Assembly (NCBI GenBank): GCA_951406725.2
Contig: OX597820.1
Span: 5,642,001-5,706,000, forward strand
Origin: Octopus vulgaris
Lineage: Eukaryota
DNA length: 64,000 nt
Direction of reading: 5' to 3'
Below are positions 1 through 14,196 of this stretch, in pieces; position 1 is the stretch's first letter; each line of letters starts with the position of its first letter. Below the pieces are notes generated by a model. It was given only the letters and a program-made list of their open reading frames with translations. It did no database searches and was not told where the DNA came from. The translations under genes and the position numbers were made by a program.

Positions 1-679
1 ATACACACACATAAACACACGTGCACACACACGGACACACACGCACATACACACCTACATTTAAATATATGTATTTTTGAAATGCTTTAACTGAGGAAGG
101 TTTACGTAATGGATGCATTTCCCATTATATATTACGCAAACCTGAAATGTACGTGTTAAATGATTTCAAAATATCATTATTGGGTTTGACTATATAGCAC
201 ACACATGCATACATACGCACACACACACACACACACACAAATATTCACACACACACACACACACATTTAATTTGTAGCAAGAGAGGTGGGTAATGTGCTT
301 GACCTTTACTGGCCCCTCGAGACCGGTGACCCGTTACTGCTGCGTTTAAATTCTTGGACGTTAATGCCAATCGAAAAGAAAGGAACAGAAAGAATATACC
401 AGAGGGTGGGATTGAATACCTGAGGTGAAAAGACAAGTCTTGGTAGCAAGTGTGGGGCAAGGGCCGCCGGACGCGCCAATACGACAAGTGACAGAGATAT
501 ATGAAAGCGTTGAGAAAAGGTTGACTGAGGTAGGAGAATAACCATCTCCGAGGAACAGCAGCTATTTTAGTAGTGACCCAAAAGTCAGTCTGGCGGCACA
601 GCACTCTTGTAGGGTCGAGGAAGGAGTACGACCCTGCCTAACTTACTTATTGTATACCCAATAACCATTCCCATTAGAG

Positions 680-721
<42 letters not shown>

Positions 722-724
<3 letters not shown>

Positions 725-1141
725 TCTTTACACTCTCTTACTTGTTTCAGTCATATGACTGCGGCCATGCTGGAGCACCGCCTTTAGTCGAGCAAATCGA
801 CCCCGGGACTTATTCTTTGTAAGCCCAGTACTTATTCTATCGGTCCCTTTTGCCGAACTGCTAAGTGACGGGGACGTAAACACACCCAGCATCGATTGTC
901 AAGCGATGTTGGGGGGACAAACACAGACACACAGACATATACACACACATACATATACATATATATATACATATATACGACAGGCCTCTTTCAGTTTCCG
1001 TCTACCAAATCCACTCACAAGGCATTGGTCGGCCCGGGGCTATAGCAGAAGACACTTGCCCAAGATGCCACGCAGTGGGACTGAACCCGGAACCATGTGG
1101 TTGGTTAGCAAGCTACTTACCACACAGCCACTCCTGCGCCT
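722..1141 (-). mobile_element. tRNA-derived SINE, family A (full length)
   Basis: Minus strand: GGCGCAGGAGTGGCTGTGTGGTAAG (A box) ... GGTTCAGTCCC (B box), body with internal TA/TG microsatellite, tail GGCGGTGCTCCAGCATGGCCGCAGTC..TGACTGAAACAAGTAAGAG; many copies in the window. Confidence 0.9.
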
Positions 1142-1360
1142 GTATATATATATAAATTGGAAAAAACCACCTTTTATCAATTCAAAATGAACAATTAAAT
1201 TACACCATCTAGAAAATTACACAGAAATATTAAAATTAAAATAACAATAATATACTGATGATTAAGTAAATTGCAAAATAATAATAAAAACGTATATATT
1301 TGGTAGAATAGCGACACGTGTTTCGTGGCTATATTGAATATTCCCTCAAATAATTATTAC

Positions 1361-1396
<36 letters not shown>

Positions 1397-1458
1397 TGTA
1401 TGTATGTATGTATGTATGTATGTATGTATATATATATATATATATATATATTTATGTG

Positions 1459-1498
<40 letters not shown>

Positions 1499-1521
1499 TA
1501 AATAAACGTACATATAAATGT

Positions 1522-1559
<38 letters not shown>

Positions 1560-2650
1560 GTATGCGTTTGTGTAGATGTTTGTATGTTCTTGTGTAAACA
1601 AACGCCATTTTGTGTGTGTTGGATAATTAACGTGCATCCCCATGTGCATCCACACATCCAGTTTGAAATGGTTATTATTTAGAGGTGTAGAGCACGTATG
1701 TTCCTCATCAACGTTCGCCGCCACCACCACCACCACCACCACCTCCACCATCATCATCATCAGCAGCAGCAGCCGCAGCAGTAGCAACCGCATTACAGAC
1801 GTAATGCTAATGATATTTGTTTTGGAAAATCGCATGTATCTAAGATAAAACAAGCAACATTTCTGTGAGCGATCGATTGCGGGTGGAAAGGGGGTAGAAA
1901 TGCTGGCGGTGGAGAGACATGGTGGTTTGACGACACAATGTGTGTGCGTATAAGGATATGAGGATGCATTTGTATGTATATATATATATATATATTTGCA
2001 TGTATTTGTATATGTTCACGTGTATATGTATAGAGAGAAAGAGAGAGGGTGAAAGGGGGAAAGAGAGAGGAGGAAGGAGAGTGGTAGAGGGAGAGAGAGA
2101 TTGAGAGAAGAGGGGGGTAGAGAACATGAGCGAAAATGACAGATGTAGTAGAAGGATAACTAATGAGGATGAGAAAGAAGAAAATAGATAAACAGAGAGT
2201 AAGAGGGAGAACGAGAGAGGAGGAGGGAAAGAGAGAGGGTGGCAGCGAGAGGGAGCGAGAGAGAGAGAGAGAGAGAGAAATCCGGAAAGAGAAGACAAAA
2301 GAACGAAAGAGGACGATGTTTTGATTACGATGGAACGTGTGATAGGAAAGGAAACCGAGGCGAAGGGAACGGTGGCCAGAGAGGCGGATGAAGAGGGGGG
2401 TGGGGGTGGATTGTAATAAAAATCTGTAAAATATGCTAATCCTTATGTGTAGCAATAATGAATGCATGTATGGAGGATGGTGCAGTTTAGTGCAGTCTAA
2501 ACATATTTACCTTGCATCATTAAACATCCAACATCCATTTCCGGTTTGGTGTCCTCTTACATGTAAAACACGTTGGTTTCATGTTTTTTTCATTATATTA
2601 TCTCGTTGATCTTTAGCAGATATATATATATGCGCGCGTGTGCGTGTGTA

Positions 2651-2692
<42 letters not shown>

Positions 2693-2884
2693 CAAACATG
2701 TATATGTGTTATGTATGTGTATGCATGTATATAACTTATTAATTAAGTAGTCCATCCTGTGCATGTCTGCACATTTATCTATTTATGTCTCTATTTCTTA
2801 ACACCCTCCACACACTTACACACATACACTATACACATATATGTATGTGGTTAGATATACATACACACATATTTATATATGTGT

Positions 2885-3690
2885 ATGTTAAAGAGATACC
2901 AAATCCAATTAGCAAACGTATAAATAGCCGTATCTCCACCAACGAAGACATTTTCGACACGACCTTGGACAGATGCAACAAAGCATTCGCTCCTGGATAC
3001 TTCCATAATATCGTTACTCGCTGACGACGTGGAATAAAATCTTTGAATCAGAGAGAGAAATACGATCCTGTTTAATTGACCGTTCGCCAGGAACGTCATA
3101 ATGTGCGTGGCGAACCAATTCCTCTCCTTAATCAACAAACGATACCACAAACACAACAAACTTCATGAATTATTCAACAGGAACACAAGAAATGCCAATT
3201 ATCCTGCAACTATTTCTATGACAAAAATATTTGTGTTGTCTAATAATATTATTGCTTTACACATCACAAGGTGAATAAAAGTAGCAGGAAATAAATGCAA
3301 TTGCTGAACAGTATTGCCTTTCAGATAAACAGAGCATGAGTATCTGCAACATGTTTCAGGCCACCATAAACAAAGGAAACAATTATGCTGTGTTTTACAT
3401 CGGTTTAACAGCAAACTCATTTAAGAGAAGATTATAACAACACAAATGTTCTTTCAAACACTGCCACAAATTACATCCTTTATAGCTTTGGAATCAGTTT
3501 TGGTAAAACGATAATTTGGAACAAATCCTGATCAAATGATTTATCTTTACCAGAGCTACGCCAACAGAGGAAAACTAAAGACAAATAGTCCGAACGATCG
3601 AATTAGTACACGGGAGGAGCACCTCTCTCTTTGAGAAAACCACTCAGTAATCTCTCTTCTTTCTAGGTTTCATTAAAAACACGACTATGT
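2885..3690 (+). pseudogene. Decayed Penelope-like element ORF (RT thumb/linker toward GIY-YIG)
   Basis: Translates as IPNPISKRINSRISTNEDIFD..CNKAFAPGY then RERNTILFN*PFARNV..VANQFLSLINKRYHKHNKLHELFNRNT, matching the PLE 'RxIIWFNPPF..N.G..FL.LID.HF...H.L..IFNRNT' pattern; stops and frameshifts. Confidence 0.7.
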
Positions 3691-3768
3691 TCTAGTTTTA
3701 CATTTTTTATTTCACGGTTTTCATATTTACTCGCATACATGTATGTATGCATATATGTGTATGTGAGC

Positions 3769-3822
<54 letters not shown>

Positions 3823-3855
3823 TTGTGTGTGTATGTATATATATATATATATATA

Positions 3856-3973
3856 TTACGGGCTTCTTTCAGTTTCCGTCTACCATATCCATTCAGAAGG
3901 CTTTGCCCAAGCTTCCGCAGTAGGATTGAAGCCAGAACCATGTGGTTGGTAAGTAAGCTACTAACCACATTGC

Positions 3974-3976
<3 letters not shown>
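3856..3976 (-). mobile_element. SINE family A, 5' part with internal deletion
   Basis: Similarity to 722-1141 (CTTCTTTCAGTTTCCGTCTACC.., AACCATGTGGTTGGTAAG). Confidence 0.75.
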
Positions 3977-4047
<71 letters not shown>

Positions 4048-4244
4048 AGTAGGCAAACAAAAAAAAAGGCACTTAACAGATTTAGAATGAGATATTATTT
4101 TAAAAAGTTTTATCCTGCTCCGTGCTACTTAACGCTTCGTAGGCTTTTTAGAGCTCTGGGCCGGCCAGCCAAGTTTCTATACAAAGCCTGTAAGTTGCAT
4201 GAATCCAAATAAAACTGCTTGGAGCGATAATACTAATACTAATA

Positions 4245-4357
<113 letters not shown>

Positions 4358-4393
4358 CATAATAATAATAATGATGATGATGATAATGATAAT

Positions 4394-4948
4394 GCCCTGA
4401 TGCAGTACCAGCCAGTGGCTCTCATGGCTTCTGATCTTAACTGATTGGAAGTGTTATCATGTACATTGTTTTGCCTTCGTATAAAAGATGGGCTACAGCA
4501 AATATTCTGCTCAATACCACAGATTTGCTTGTCAGTTGTTTGACCTTAACCAGTTGAGCATGTCCCTTAGTGGCTGACGATATGTGCATCTCTGATCACG
4601 AGCAGAAGTAGTGGGGGAGCATCATAGCCATGTGTTGAGAGGGATTCTTTGGGGTTTGAATAGTTCACCTCTGGAAACATGGGTGGTTCTTTCAACATCC
4701 TTAAACAACCCTTATTCAGGGACCGTTTGAGCAGGATGGGCTACTCAAAATGAAGAAAATTCTAACTGGGCCCCACCTGCAAGGTCATGCGCTGTTTATC
4801 TTGATATGAGATCACCATGTCGCGCACATATGGTTGTGATGCATGTGCCTGGTGTACCCTTATCAGACGGGTAGTCATGATGTGTATATTGGGCTTCGTA
4901 TATTTTACCCCAGTGTCACTTTGATGGCATGAACTGCTCTCTCACTCA
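4394..4948 (+). mobile_element. ~555-bp non-coding interspersed repeat flanked by (AAT)/(GAT)n, copy 1
   Basis: Starts GCCCTGATGCAGTA after an AAT/GAT run, ends ...CTCTCTCACTC followed by (AAT)n; diverged direct copy at 4978-5490; orientation inferred from the tail. Confidence 0.7.
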
Positions 4949-4977
4949 ATAATAATAATAATGAAGTTAATAATAAT

Positions 4978-5490
4978 GCCCTGATGCAGTATAAAGCAAT
5001 GGCTCTCATGGCTTCTGATCTTAACTGATTGGAAGTGTTATCATGTACATTGTTTTGTCTTCGTATAAAAGATGGGCTATAGCAAATATTCTGCTCAATA
5101 CCACAGATTTGCTTGTCAGTTGTTTGACCTTAACCCGTTGAGCATGTACCTTAGTGGCTGACGAAATGTGCATCTCTGATCACGAGTAGAAGTAGTAGGG
5201 GAGCATTATAGCCATGTGTTGAGAGGAATTCTTGGGGGTTTGAATAATTCACCTTTGGAAACATGGGTGTTTCGTTCAACATCCTTAAACAACCCTTATT
5301 CAGGGACCTTTTGAGCGGGATGGGTTACTCGACCAGAAGAAAATTCTAACTGGGCCTCACCTGCAAGATCATGTACTGTTTATCTTGATTAAGATCACCT
5401 TGTCACGCACATATGGTTGTGATGCATGTGCCTAGTGTACCCTTATCAGACGGGTAGTCATGATGGATATACTAGGCTTCTTATAATTAT
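4978..5490 (+). mobile_element. Same ~555-bp repeat, copy 2 (3' end diverged or truncated)
   Basis: Colinear with 4394-4948 with scattered substitutions; preceded by TAATAATAAT. Confidence 0.7.
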
Positions 5491-5591
5491 ATCCATGTGT
5501 TACTTAGATAGCATGCTCTACTCTCTCTCTCTCTCTCTCTCTCTTACTCTGTCTCTCTCTGTCTTTCTCTCTCTCTGTCTTTCTCTCTCTC

Positions 5592-5645
<54 letters not shown>

Positions 5646-5647
<2 letters not shown>

Positions 5648-5810
5648 CTTGGGATCCAGGAGCTGGACAATATCTTGCACAGAGAAATGAAAGACAAGGT
5701 GACCACTGCACATTTCAAGCGCCCCATACTTCTCTTGAAATCGAAACTGAACTCAAGGAACCTTGTGACTACCATCACCATATGGGCTGTTGCTGTCGTC
5801 CGCTATAGTG
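5646..5810 (+). pseudogene. R4/Dong-clade non-LTR retrotransposon fragment (RT thumb region)
   Basis: LGIQELDNILHREMKDKVTTAHFKRPILLLKSKLNSRNLVTTITIWAVAVVRYS is homologous to MKTKTEKEYIRRVRTLIKSNLNGPNLVKSVNTWAVTLLRYS at 46560-46769; begins directly after (AAT)n. Confidence 0.75.
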
Positions 5811-6567
5811 ATGGTCACAAGCGGAGGTTGACTAACACGATCGCACTACCCGAAAGACAAGGACAATATATAGTGCCCTCCACCCTAAGGTAAATGTACA
5901 CAGGCTCTGCATTAGAGTACGGGAGTGGATCAACATTGAAAGAAAAACATGGCAGAATATTTGGTAATATCTTATCTGCACATTATCTGCACATTTTCCT
6001 ATGTGCAGATAACATCAAAGCAAATCTTCCCTTTCTACCAGTGCAAAGACACAATCTCTGCACTAGAACGTTTACGTGAAGAAACTTTTTTTTATTGAAA
6101 AATACAGAATACGTCTTAATATGCACGCATAACCAACTTTTATCCTTTTACATATTTCAATTCACGATTACATCACTGTACATAAATCCCCTCACTAAAC
6201 AAGGTTTTCGAAACTTGCCTTTGTCTGTACACAAATATATTCCCCTCCCATTACCGAAAGCTGAACAGTTATCTCCCTAACCCACAATGATAACAATAAT
6301 AACGACAACCAATTACCTCCCCTTATTTATCTACTTGAGAAGTCATTCAGTCGTGAATTTCATCAGACGCAACATGGACCAAATTTCTTCTTAAGAAGAA
6401 ATATATTTTCAAATAAGTAAAACATAATATCATGAATAGCGATAGCGAAACCGGTCGATATATTAAAAATTATATAAAAACTACGTAAGTGTGCATATTT
6501 TCCTTTTTTAATTTCTTATATACATTACAACTCACCACGTGAGGTTAATTGAAATTCCTCTTTTCTG

Positions 6568-6652
<85 letters not shown>

Positions 6653-6941
6653 TCTGCGTATATTTATATGATCACACGTTTTTCGCGGATCCAGTGATAT
6701 GCCAATAATTGTGAGTTAACACTAATTATATTTCACAGTGTTTCATGTCATGTTAAACTTTTGGTTGTAGTCTTAATAACGGAGGTAACATATACTTCAT
6801 CAGTTGGTTCTCTCTCTCTCTCTCTCGGTTGAGATGCGGAATTAAAACTATAAATCGGCTGCTACTCAATAGTCAGGTATTCTTTAGCATAGCTAATCCA
6901 CTTCATCCTTTCTGTGTGTGCGCGTGTGTGTGTGTGTGTGT

Positions 6942-6987
<46 letters not shown>

Positions 6988-7124
6988 TATCCTCCTTGAT
7001 ATTGGCTATGGCACTTCACTCTGACAACTCTTTCCTTGCGACAGGTAATACTTGAGCTTTGCAAGAGCAGAACAGTGATGTAATGGGATAAAGCGAAACT
7101 GAAGAAAAAAAGTTAGCACTTGTA

Positions 7125-7133
7125 ACAGCAGCG

Positions 7134-7181
<48 letters not shown>

Positions 7182-7515
7182 ATTATTGTTGTTGATGTTG
7201 TAGTTGTAGTAGTAGTTATTGTTGTTGATGTAGTTGTAGTAGCACTAGTAATAGTAGTAGTAGTAGTAGCAGCAGGAGTAGAAGTGTTAGTAGCACTTGT
7301 TGTTTTTGTAGTAGCATCAGCTGTAGTAGTATTGGTAGTTGTAGTAGTTCTTGTAGTAGTAGTAGTAGTAATTGTAGTAGTAGTAGTAGTAGTAGTAACA
7401 TTAGTAATAGCAATAGGACTAGTAGTAGTTGCAGCAGTAGTTGTAATAGTAAAATGATAATAATAATAATAATAATAACAACAACAACAATAATAATAAT
7501 AATAATAATAATAAA
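7125..7515. repeat. Degenerate (TAG)n/(TTG)n then (AAT)n trinucleotide array
   Basis: Direct reading. Confidence 0.9.
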
Positions 7516-7644
7516 ATAAAATAATGTAGTAATAATATAACTAGTAAAAACAAGAAACTACTTTAGAAAGTTAATACACAGTGTTAAATTGAGCATATAT
7601 TTGTCAGAATGAAGTCTAATGAATAGTTACCGTTGTAGAAATAG

Positions 7645-7722
<78 letters not shown>

Positions 7723-8569
7723 TATGCACACACACGCACACAAACAGACGATGAGAAAAAAAGAGGAAAGTAAAAGTTGTTAAATAATGTTTCAATATAG
7801 AAGGGAAATAATATTTCGGAGGGGGGTGCGGTGGAAGAGTTGTGTATTAAATTATGAACAAATTAAATCGTTTGGCTACATGAAATGTCAGGAAAGAATT
7901 TATGTAGCATTAGAAGGGAAATTTAATTAAAATATAGAAGCATTTGATATAGGATAGGGAAGTAGAGTGAATGGGCGCAAAAATAATACATTATGGCGTA
8001 AATTGAACGTAGGTATATAGAAAAGCTGAAGAATAAGGTGTGCATATACACACGCATATACAAACATATGTATGTATATAGTTTTGAAAGTATCGGGATT
8101 TTAATTGGCTCGGAGAGATTCCTAATTTAGTCCCAGGTGGGAATCCGAGGGTTGTGATATTTTGTAATGGATTTGGCACAGAATTGGGCGGGTGGAAAGG
8201 ATTGTGAGGTGTTTTCCGAATGGTTATTCTTTATATTTTCATTGGATTTTTTATTGGAAGGTACTGGTGTTTTTTCGAAGATTATTTTAGAAAAGTGTTT
8301 AAGTCGGCTGATCGATGGGGTATGCAAAAAAAAAAAAAAAAAAAAAAAAAATTATGGTTTTTCTTTTGTGATGAAAATAATTGTTTGAAGAGTTTCTTTT
8401 GACAAACAAAGGAGAAAGTGAAGCAAAAATGTGTGGATAAATGTTTGGGATGGACAAGTTTATTGGCACATTAAGGGTCATAATTCTCAGTGGAAGTTCC
8501 AAATGGAAGGCATTTAGGGTGGGTGTAGAGATAACGATAAAAGCTCTACGAAAGATTCTATGTTAAACA

Positions 8570-8860
8570 AATCTATGATCAACAAGGACGAAAAACAGTG
8601 AATAAAGACCAATAATAGAGCAGGGGGTGCAACCCTGTGATCATAGATCAATCATGGTGTTCGGTTCAGTAGGCTATGATCGAAGATCAATAATAGTGCA
8701 GCAGGAGGAGCACTATGACTTAAGAATGATGGTAAGGTGGATAGAGGCAGCGTTTGGTGAAATGAAGGTAGAGCGGTCGTGTCGGCCAAGATCAAAGGCA
8801 GTGCTGAGGGAAGAGACTGTGATCAGAAATCAATGATAAGATCGATGCTGAATGATGTTG
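8570..8860. repeat. Degenerate minisatellite with recurring CTRTGATC..AGATCAAT motif
   Basis: Motif recurs near 8573, 8635, 8673, 8715, 8780 and 8817 with variable intervening sequence. Confidence 0.5.
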
Positions 8861-9034
8861 TTGACCAGTGAGATAACAGAACAAAAAACTCTGGGGTCAA
8901 AGGTAGTTATGTACAGCAGATTTATGAGTTCATGTTTTCCTACCGTGACACACACTACGAGAAAGACTGTAATCCTATGTGCCATTCTTTTAATGTTGGA
9001 CCATGTGACTTGGTGGCAATACGGATAATATGTA

Positions 9035-9250
9035 AGGCGATGGTGAACCGGCAGAATCGTCGGGTAAAGTGGGTAGCGACATTTGGTCAGTGTTTGCGTT
9101 CAGAGTTCAAGTTCCAGCGGGGGTCGACTTTGCCTTTCGTCTTTTATCAGGGTCGATAAAATATATACTAGTTGCGCACTGGGGTTCATTTAATCGACTT
9201 AGCTACCTATCCTTCAAAGCTACGGGACTTGTGCCAAAATTTGAAGCCAA
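9035..9250 (+). mobile_element. Diverged Nin/Deu-domain SINE (family N)
   Basis: AGGCGATGGTGAACCGGCAGAATCGT..GAGTTCAAGTTCC..GTCGACTTTGCCTTTC..GGGTCGATAAAA. Confidence 0.65.
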
Positions 9251-11541
9251 TATGCATAATCTGTGGGGAGAACTTAGCTGCTATCTCTAGCCTTTAGAGA
9301 CTCCAATATTGGGGAAGTGGTATAGTGTTATACAAAGAAATCATTAACGGAGTGCAACTTCGTGGTAGTCCCTATAATTAGGCTTCCACGATGTATATAT
9401 TGAGGAATGGTACCATTCTATACTACTGTATCTCTGTGAAGGCGAATTATGACCTCGCTGCTATATAAATGACAAAACAAGGTACATTTGGTTATAGTAG
9501 ACCAATTATAATCTCAAAAAGCTTCTGCAAAACAAACGTATTTGAAATAATTCTTTCATAGAAACGCTAGTCGTGGGATTGCAGATGCCTAAATTGGTGC
9601 TGAGAAATATGAGTCGGTCTCCAAGGTGAAGGGAAAGAGCAACGAGCTAATCATATTATTCAATTCTAATGAAACACCCTCGGGAAAACGATTAAAAACT
9701 TCAAAAGTTTAAATTCCCAAACTAGAATAAGTAATAAATCGTTTATATAACGGCATTTTGTGCAGTGTATCGTCATATCTTCAGTGTACACGGCTGTGTG
9801 TTCCATTATATACGCACACACATTGTATACGCGCGTGTGTATATACATATACATACATATAAATGTATATGTATAGCATAAACGTGTGTGTATATCTAGC
9901 ATGTAAGCGAGTGTGTGTATGTGTAAATATAAGCCTAAATGTTTGCTCTCAAACATGTCAGCCTCTGTAAATACATGCAAACGGATATATTTCTGCATAT
10001 TTGAAACATATTTCCGTGTGCAATTCCAAGCGTAAAATTATAATTATTTGCTTTAGGCAGGCTGCATGTTTATAATAAGATTACTTAGAATATTTCCACA
10101 TCCTCAAGACCCGTCCCCTTTCGCGAATCTTTTCTTCAGATTTCTTTGATTAAAATTTTACATCTTCTAGATTAAGTACATATATATTTCATAAGAATAT
10201 TTCTCGTTATTTAATTATAAATTTCATTTCTAAAGCGCCCCCTACTTTCCAAAACCACTCTAAATTAATCATTCTTTTATTGGGATTGCAAAGGTTTATG
10301 TCGGTGGTGTCTATTTCTGTTTTACTTGATCGCTAAGTGGCTGATGAGAAACAAATTTCTCCATGGATAGTACGCTGACCTTTTGAAGGAGAATTCGTTT
10401 TCTTCGAGAAAAGTTGTTCTAAGCAACGATATTACAGAGGTGGGGTATATTCCCTCCGGTCGTACATTCTTCATGCATACCGCCATTTATAATGCAACAA
10501 CCACACAATGGTACTTTTTAAAAGTGGAGTTAATCGTTAACACATTAAATATGATGGACGTCATAACTGAATTAATTATGTGGTGAGGAAAAGACAGCAC
10601 TATTGCAATTAATAACCCTTTCTACTATAGGCACGAGGACTGAAATGTTGGGTGAGAGTGTAGGCTGCTTACATCGTCCAGCATTACGTTCTGAGTTGAA
10701 ATACCACCCAGGTCGACTTTGCCGTTCATCCTTTCGGGATCGATAAAATAACAGTTGCGCATTGGAGTCGATGCAGAGGAGTGACCTTCTCTTTCAGCAG
10801 TCAGGCCTTGGAATGCAATTTGAAGCCAATGAAAAAGAATTTAGATGGTTGCTTGACCTGCTAAAAATAGCAGCCAATGATTTTTGAAATCACAAAGCCC
10901 ACTGCATCTTGTGCTATTGGCAGAGATGCACAGAATGAAAATTGTAAATCGACCGGAAGCAATGGCCGTCAGAGCTTCCTGGGGCCGCAGTGAAAGACAG
11001 ATTTCAGTTGTGGACACTGGAAGAGAAAATAAATTATGAATTTAGTGTGTCTGAGAATAAAGACTGGAGTGTCATGTCTGGAACACTTATGATTGTGGAT
11101 TCAGAGCTGACAGCGAGCTAAGCTACGACGACAGCAACAACAACGATGACGATGACGACGACGGCGATGATGATGATGATGATGATGATGATCATGATGA
11201 TGAAGGTGACGATGATGATGATGATGAAGACGACGACGATGATGATGATGATGATGATGATGACAAAAATGATGATGATGATGATAATGAGGAGGAGGGG
11301 GAGGAGGGTATAACTATAAGCGAACACGCCCAGAATGTGTTCAGCTATCCTGTCTACCATATTGTGTCGATTATATCACGTCTACAGTTCTTTGGTTGGA
11401 GTCGCTATATGGTTGCTAGAAATAGCAGCCAGTTCTCACTTTGCAATAGAAATACACGAAATCTGAATACATTAGATCATAGTCAATATTATAACGGAAA
11501 CATTTTTCTATACGGAAATCCTTTTGTAAAATTACATCCCC

Positions 11542-11581
<40 letters not shown>

Positions 11582-12158
11582 TGTGTGAGTGTGTGTGTGT
11601 GTTTATAAAAGTGACTTTGTGAAAACTTTCAGTAAAATATTTACTGTAAAAATGCGATATGAATGTATTTGTTATTTCTACCTTTGTTTTCATATATTTA
11701 CAGATATATGACAGACATATTTAACTTTGATGTTAAAAAAGATAAAAGTTATTTTGTGGCACATCTAGAACAAACATACACACAGATATGGCATGAAGGG
11801 TCATCGACACACAGACAAACATATCCGCAGAAAAACATCGAGGACATCTCGATACAAACACTTGCCACAGTTAGAGTATTTGATTTCTTTAAGAAAACAT
11901 CTTGTCTCCAGTTGCTTATGAAATGACATTTGACACGACACTGTAGTAGCAATGACCAACTTCGTTTTTGTATATTGCAGCTGTTTTCTAGATTTGCTCA
12001 ATATTCCCTGATCGCCAGCTCACGAACTGTCAGCGCCCACTCGCACAAAGGATATCCGAGCCACACCATGTGACCATATGAAACATTGTGTACACACAAT
12101 AATTCATAAATATGTGTGTACGAGTATTTATGGAGAGAGTGAGAGTTAGAGATCAGTG

Positions 12159-12317
<159 letters not shown>

Positions 12318-12404
12318 GTGTGTGTGTATGTATTTCATTTTGGGATTTGGTTTACAAGATTCTTTATGTGAGTTCGTGTGTTGAAGCTTATTTTGTTATG
12401 CGCG

Positions 12405-12575
12405 TGTGTCTAGGGAGATTCATTCTCTTTTAGTGCCTTATTATTTAACACACTCACCAGTTCAGTTTCCACTCATTTGCCTATTTATTTATTTTTTCTA
12501 ATGAGTAAAGGAGTGGGATTGAACCGGTGAGTGTGTTAATAAGGCACTAAAAGAGAATGCCTCTCCCTAGACACA
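12405..12575. repeat. ~170-bp fold-back (inverted repeat, arms ~65-70 bp)
   Basis: TGTGTCTAGGGAGA..CATTCTCTTTTAGTGCCTTATT..AACACACTCACC pairs with GGTGAGTGTGTTAATAAGGCACTAAAAGAGAATG..TCTCCCTAGACACA. Confidence 0.85.
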
Positions 12576-12595
12576 ACAATATATATATATATATA

Positions 12596-12760
12596 TAGGA
12601 TGAGCTTCTTTCAGTTTCCGTCAACCAAATCCACTCACAAAGCTTGGGTTCGCCCGAGGCTATAGTAGAAGACACTTGCCCAAGGAGCCACGCAGTGGGA
12701 CTGAACTCGGAACCATGTGATTAGGAAGTAAGGTTCTTACCGCACACCCACTCCTGCACC
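12596..12760 (-). mobile_element. SINE family A, 5' half
   Basis: Similarity to the head of 722-1141. Confidence 0.85.
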
Positions 12761-13016
12761 TAAATATATATAAACAAAATGCTTTTATTCTTTTCTTTTA
12801 CTTGTTTCAGTCGTTAGATTGCGGCCATGCTGGGGCACCGCTTTTAAGTATTTCTTTCCTTTTTGCCAAGCGAATCGATCCCCCCCACCTCCAACAGTTA
12901 TCTTCGGAGCCTGGAACTTGTTGTATCGGTTTCTTTTGAGGGGAAGGAAACGCTCTAACACGGATTTCAAGCAAAAGTGGGGACACACACACACAGATTA
13001 TCTATATCTATCTATG

Positions 13017-13131
<115 letters not shown>

Positions 13132-13198
13132 CACATGCATATTTACATAGGTTCATGTGCACATATATACATATATAGACACACACATATACACACTT

Positions 13199-13310
<112 letters not shown>

Positions 13311-13706
13311 CATGTAAGGAAGGGTTTGATATTTAAGAATTAGTCTGAAATAAATCATCTCAGCCTAGAAAAAAAACTAAGCGATTATAAAATGTGTCAG
13401 AACAGTTATCGAATTCCGTAGGCATTGTTGTGCGAGCCGGCTATGGGTGTGCCGGCCTCTATCTATGACACCAACTTACATTCTCACCTAAATCAAACAT
13501 TGCCGCTCTTTAAACCCTCTCTTCTTTTGTACTGTTCTGTGTTCTCTTTCGAAATCAAATATTTGCACTATGATCAGATTTATTACATCAGAGCGGAAAT
13601 CCTCAAAACACACAGACTCATAAACGAACATACAAAAAAAAAAAAAATAAATACACACAGAAACAGACAAGCAAATATAACATACGCATGTGCGTGTGTG
13701 TGTGTG

Positions 13707-13776
<70 letters not shown>

Positions 13777-13827
13777 GCAAGCGATGGTATGCATTTTTGC
13801 TTTTATATAAACACAAATATACGTCAG

Positions 13828-13891
<64 letters not shown>

Positions 13892-13931
13892 CCTATCTAT
13901 CTCTCTGTCTATCTCTCTGTCTATCTGTCTG

Positions 13932-13998
<67 letters not shown>

Positions 13999-14027
13999 CT
14001 CTGTCTATCTCTCTGTCTATCTGTCTG

Positions 14028-14090
<63 letters not shown>

Positions 14091-14119
14091 CTCTGTCTAT
14101 CTCTCTGTCTATCTCTCTG

Positions 14120-14168
<49 letters not shown>

Positions 14169-14196
14169 ATATCTATCTATCTATCTATCTATCTAT
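13828..14196. repeat. (TATC)n/(TGTC) microsatellite
   Basis: Direct reading. Confidence 0.95.

Noticed and set aside
906-1190. Recurring peptides such as [21 protein letters not shown] in many ORFs
   Set aside because: Antisense translations of SINE family A, not a protein family.
1792-2467. 224-aa and 152-aa minus-strand ORFs
   Set aside because: They translate GA-rich low-complexity sequence.
6335-6375. Minus-strand CUGAUGA followed by an AUUCA:UGAAU stem
   Set aside because: GAAA and the UH/stem I partner are missing; at best a relic.
8570-8860. CRISPR-like repeat/spacer periodicity
   Set aside because: Repeats are very degenerate, spacing is irregular, there are no cas genes and the context is eukaryotic; treated as an old minisatellite.
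11970-12080. Possible exon after TTTTTGTATATTGCAG
   Set aside because: All frames stop within about 35 codons and there is no clear donor.
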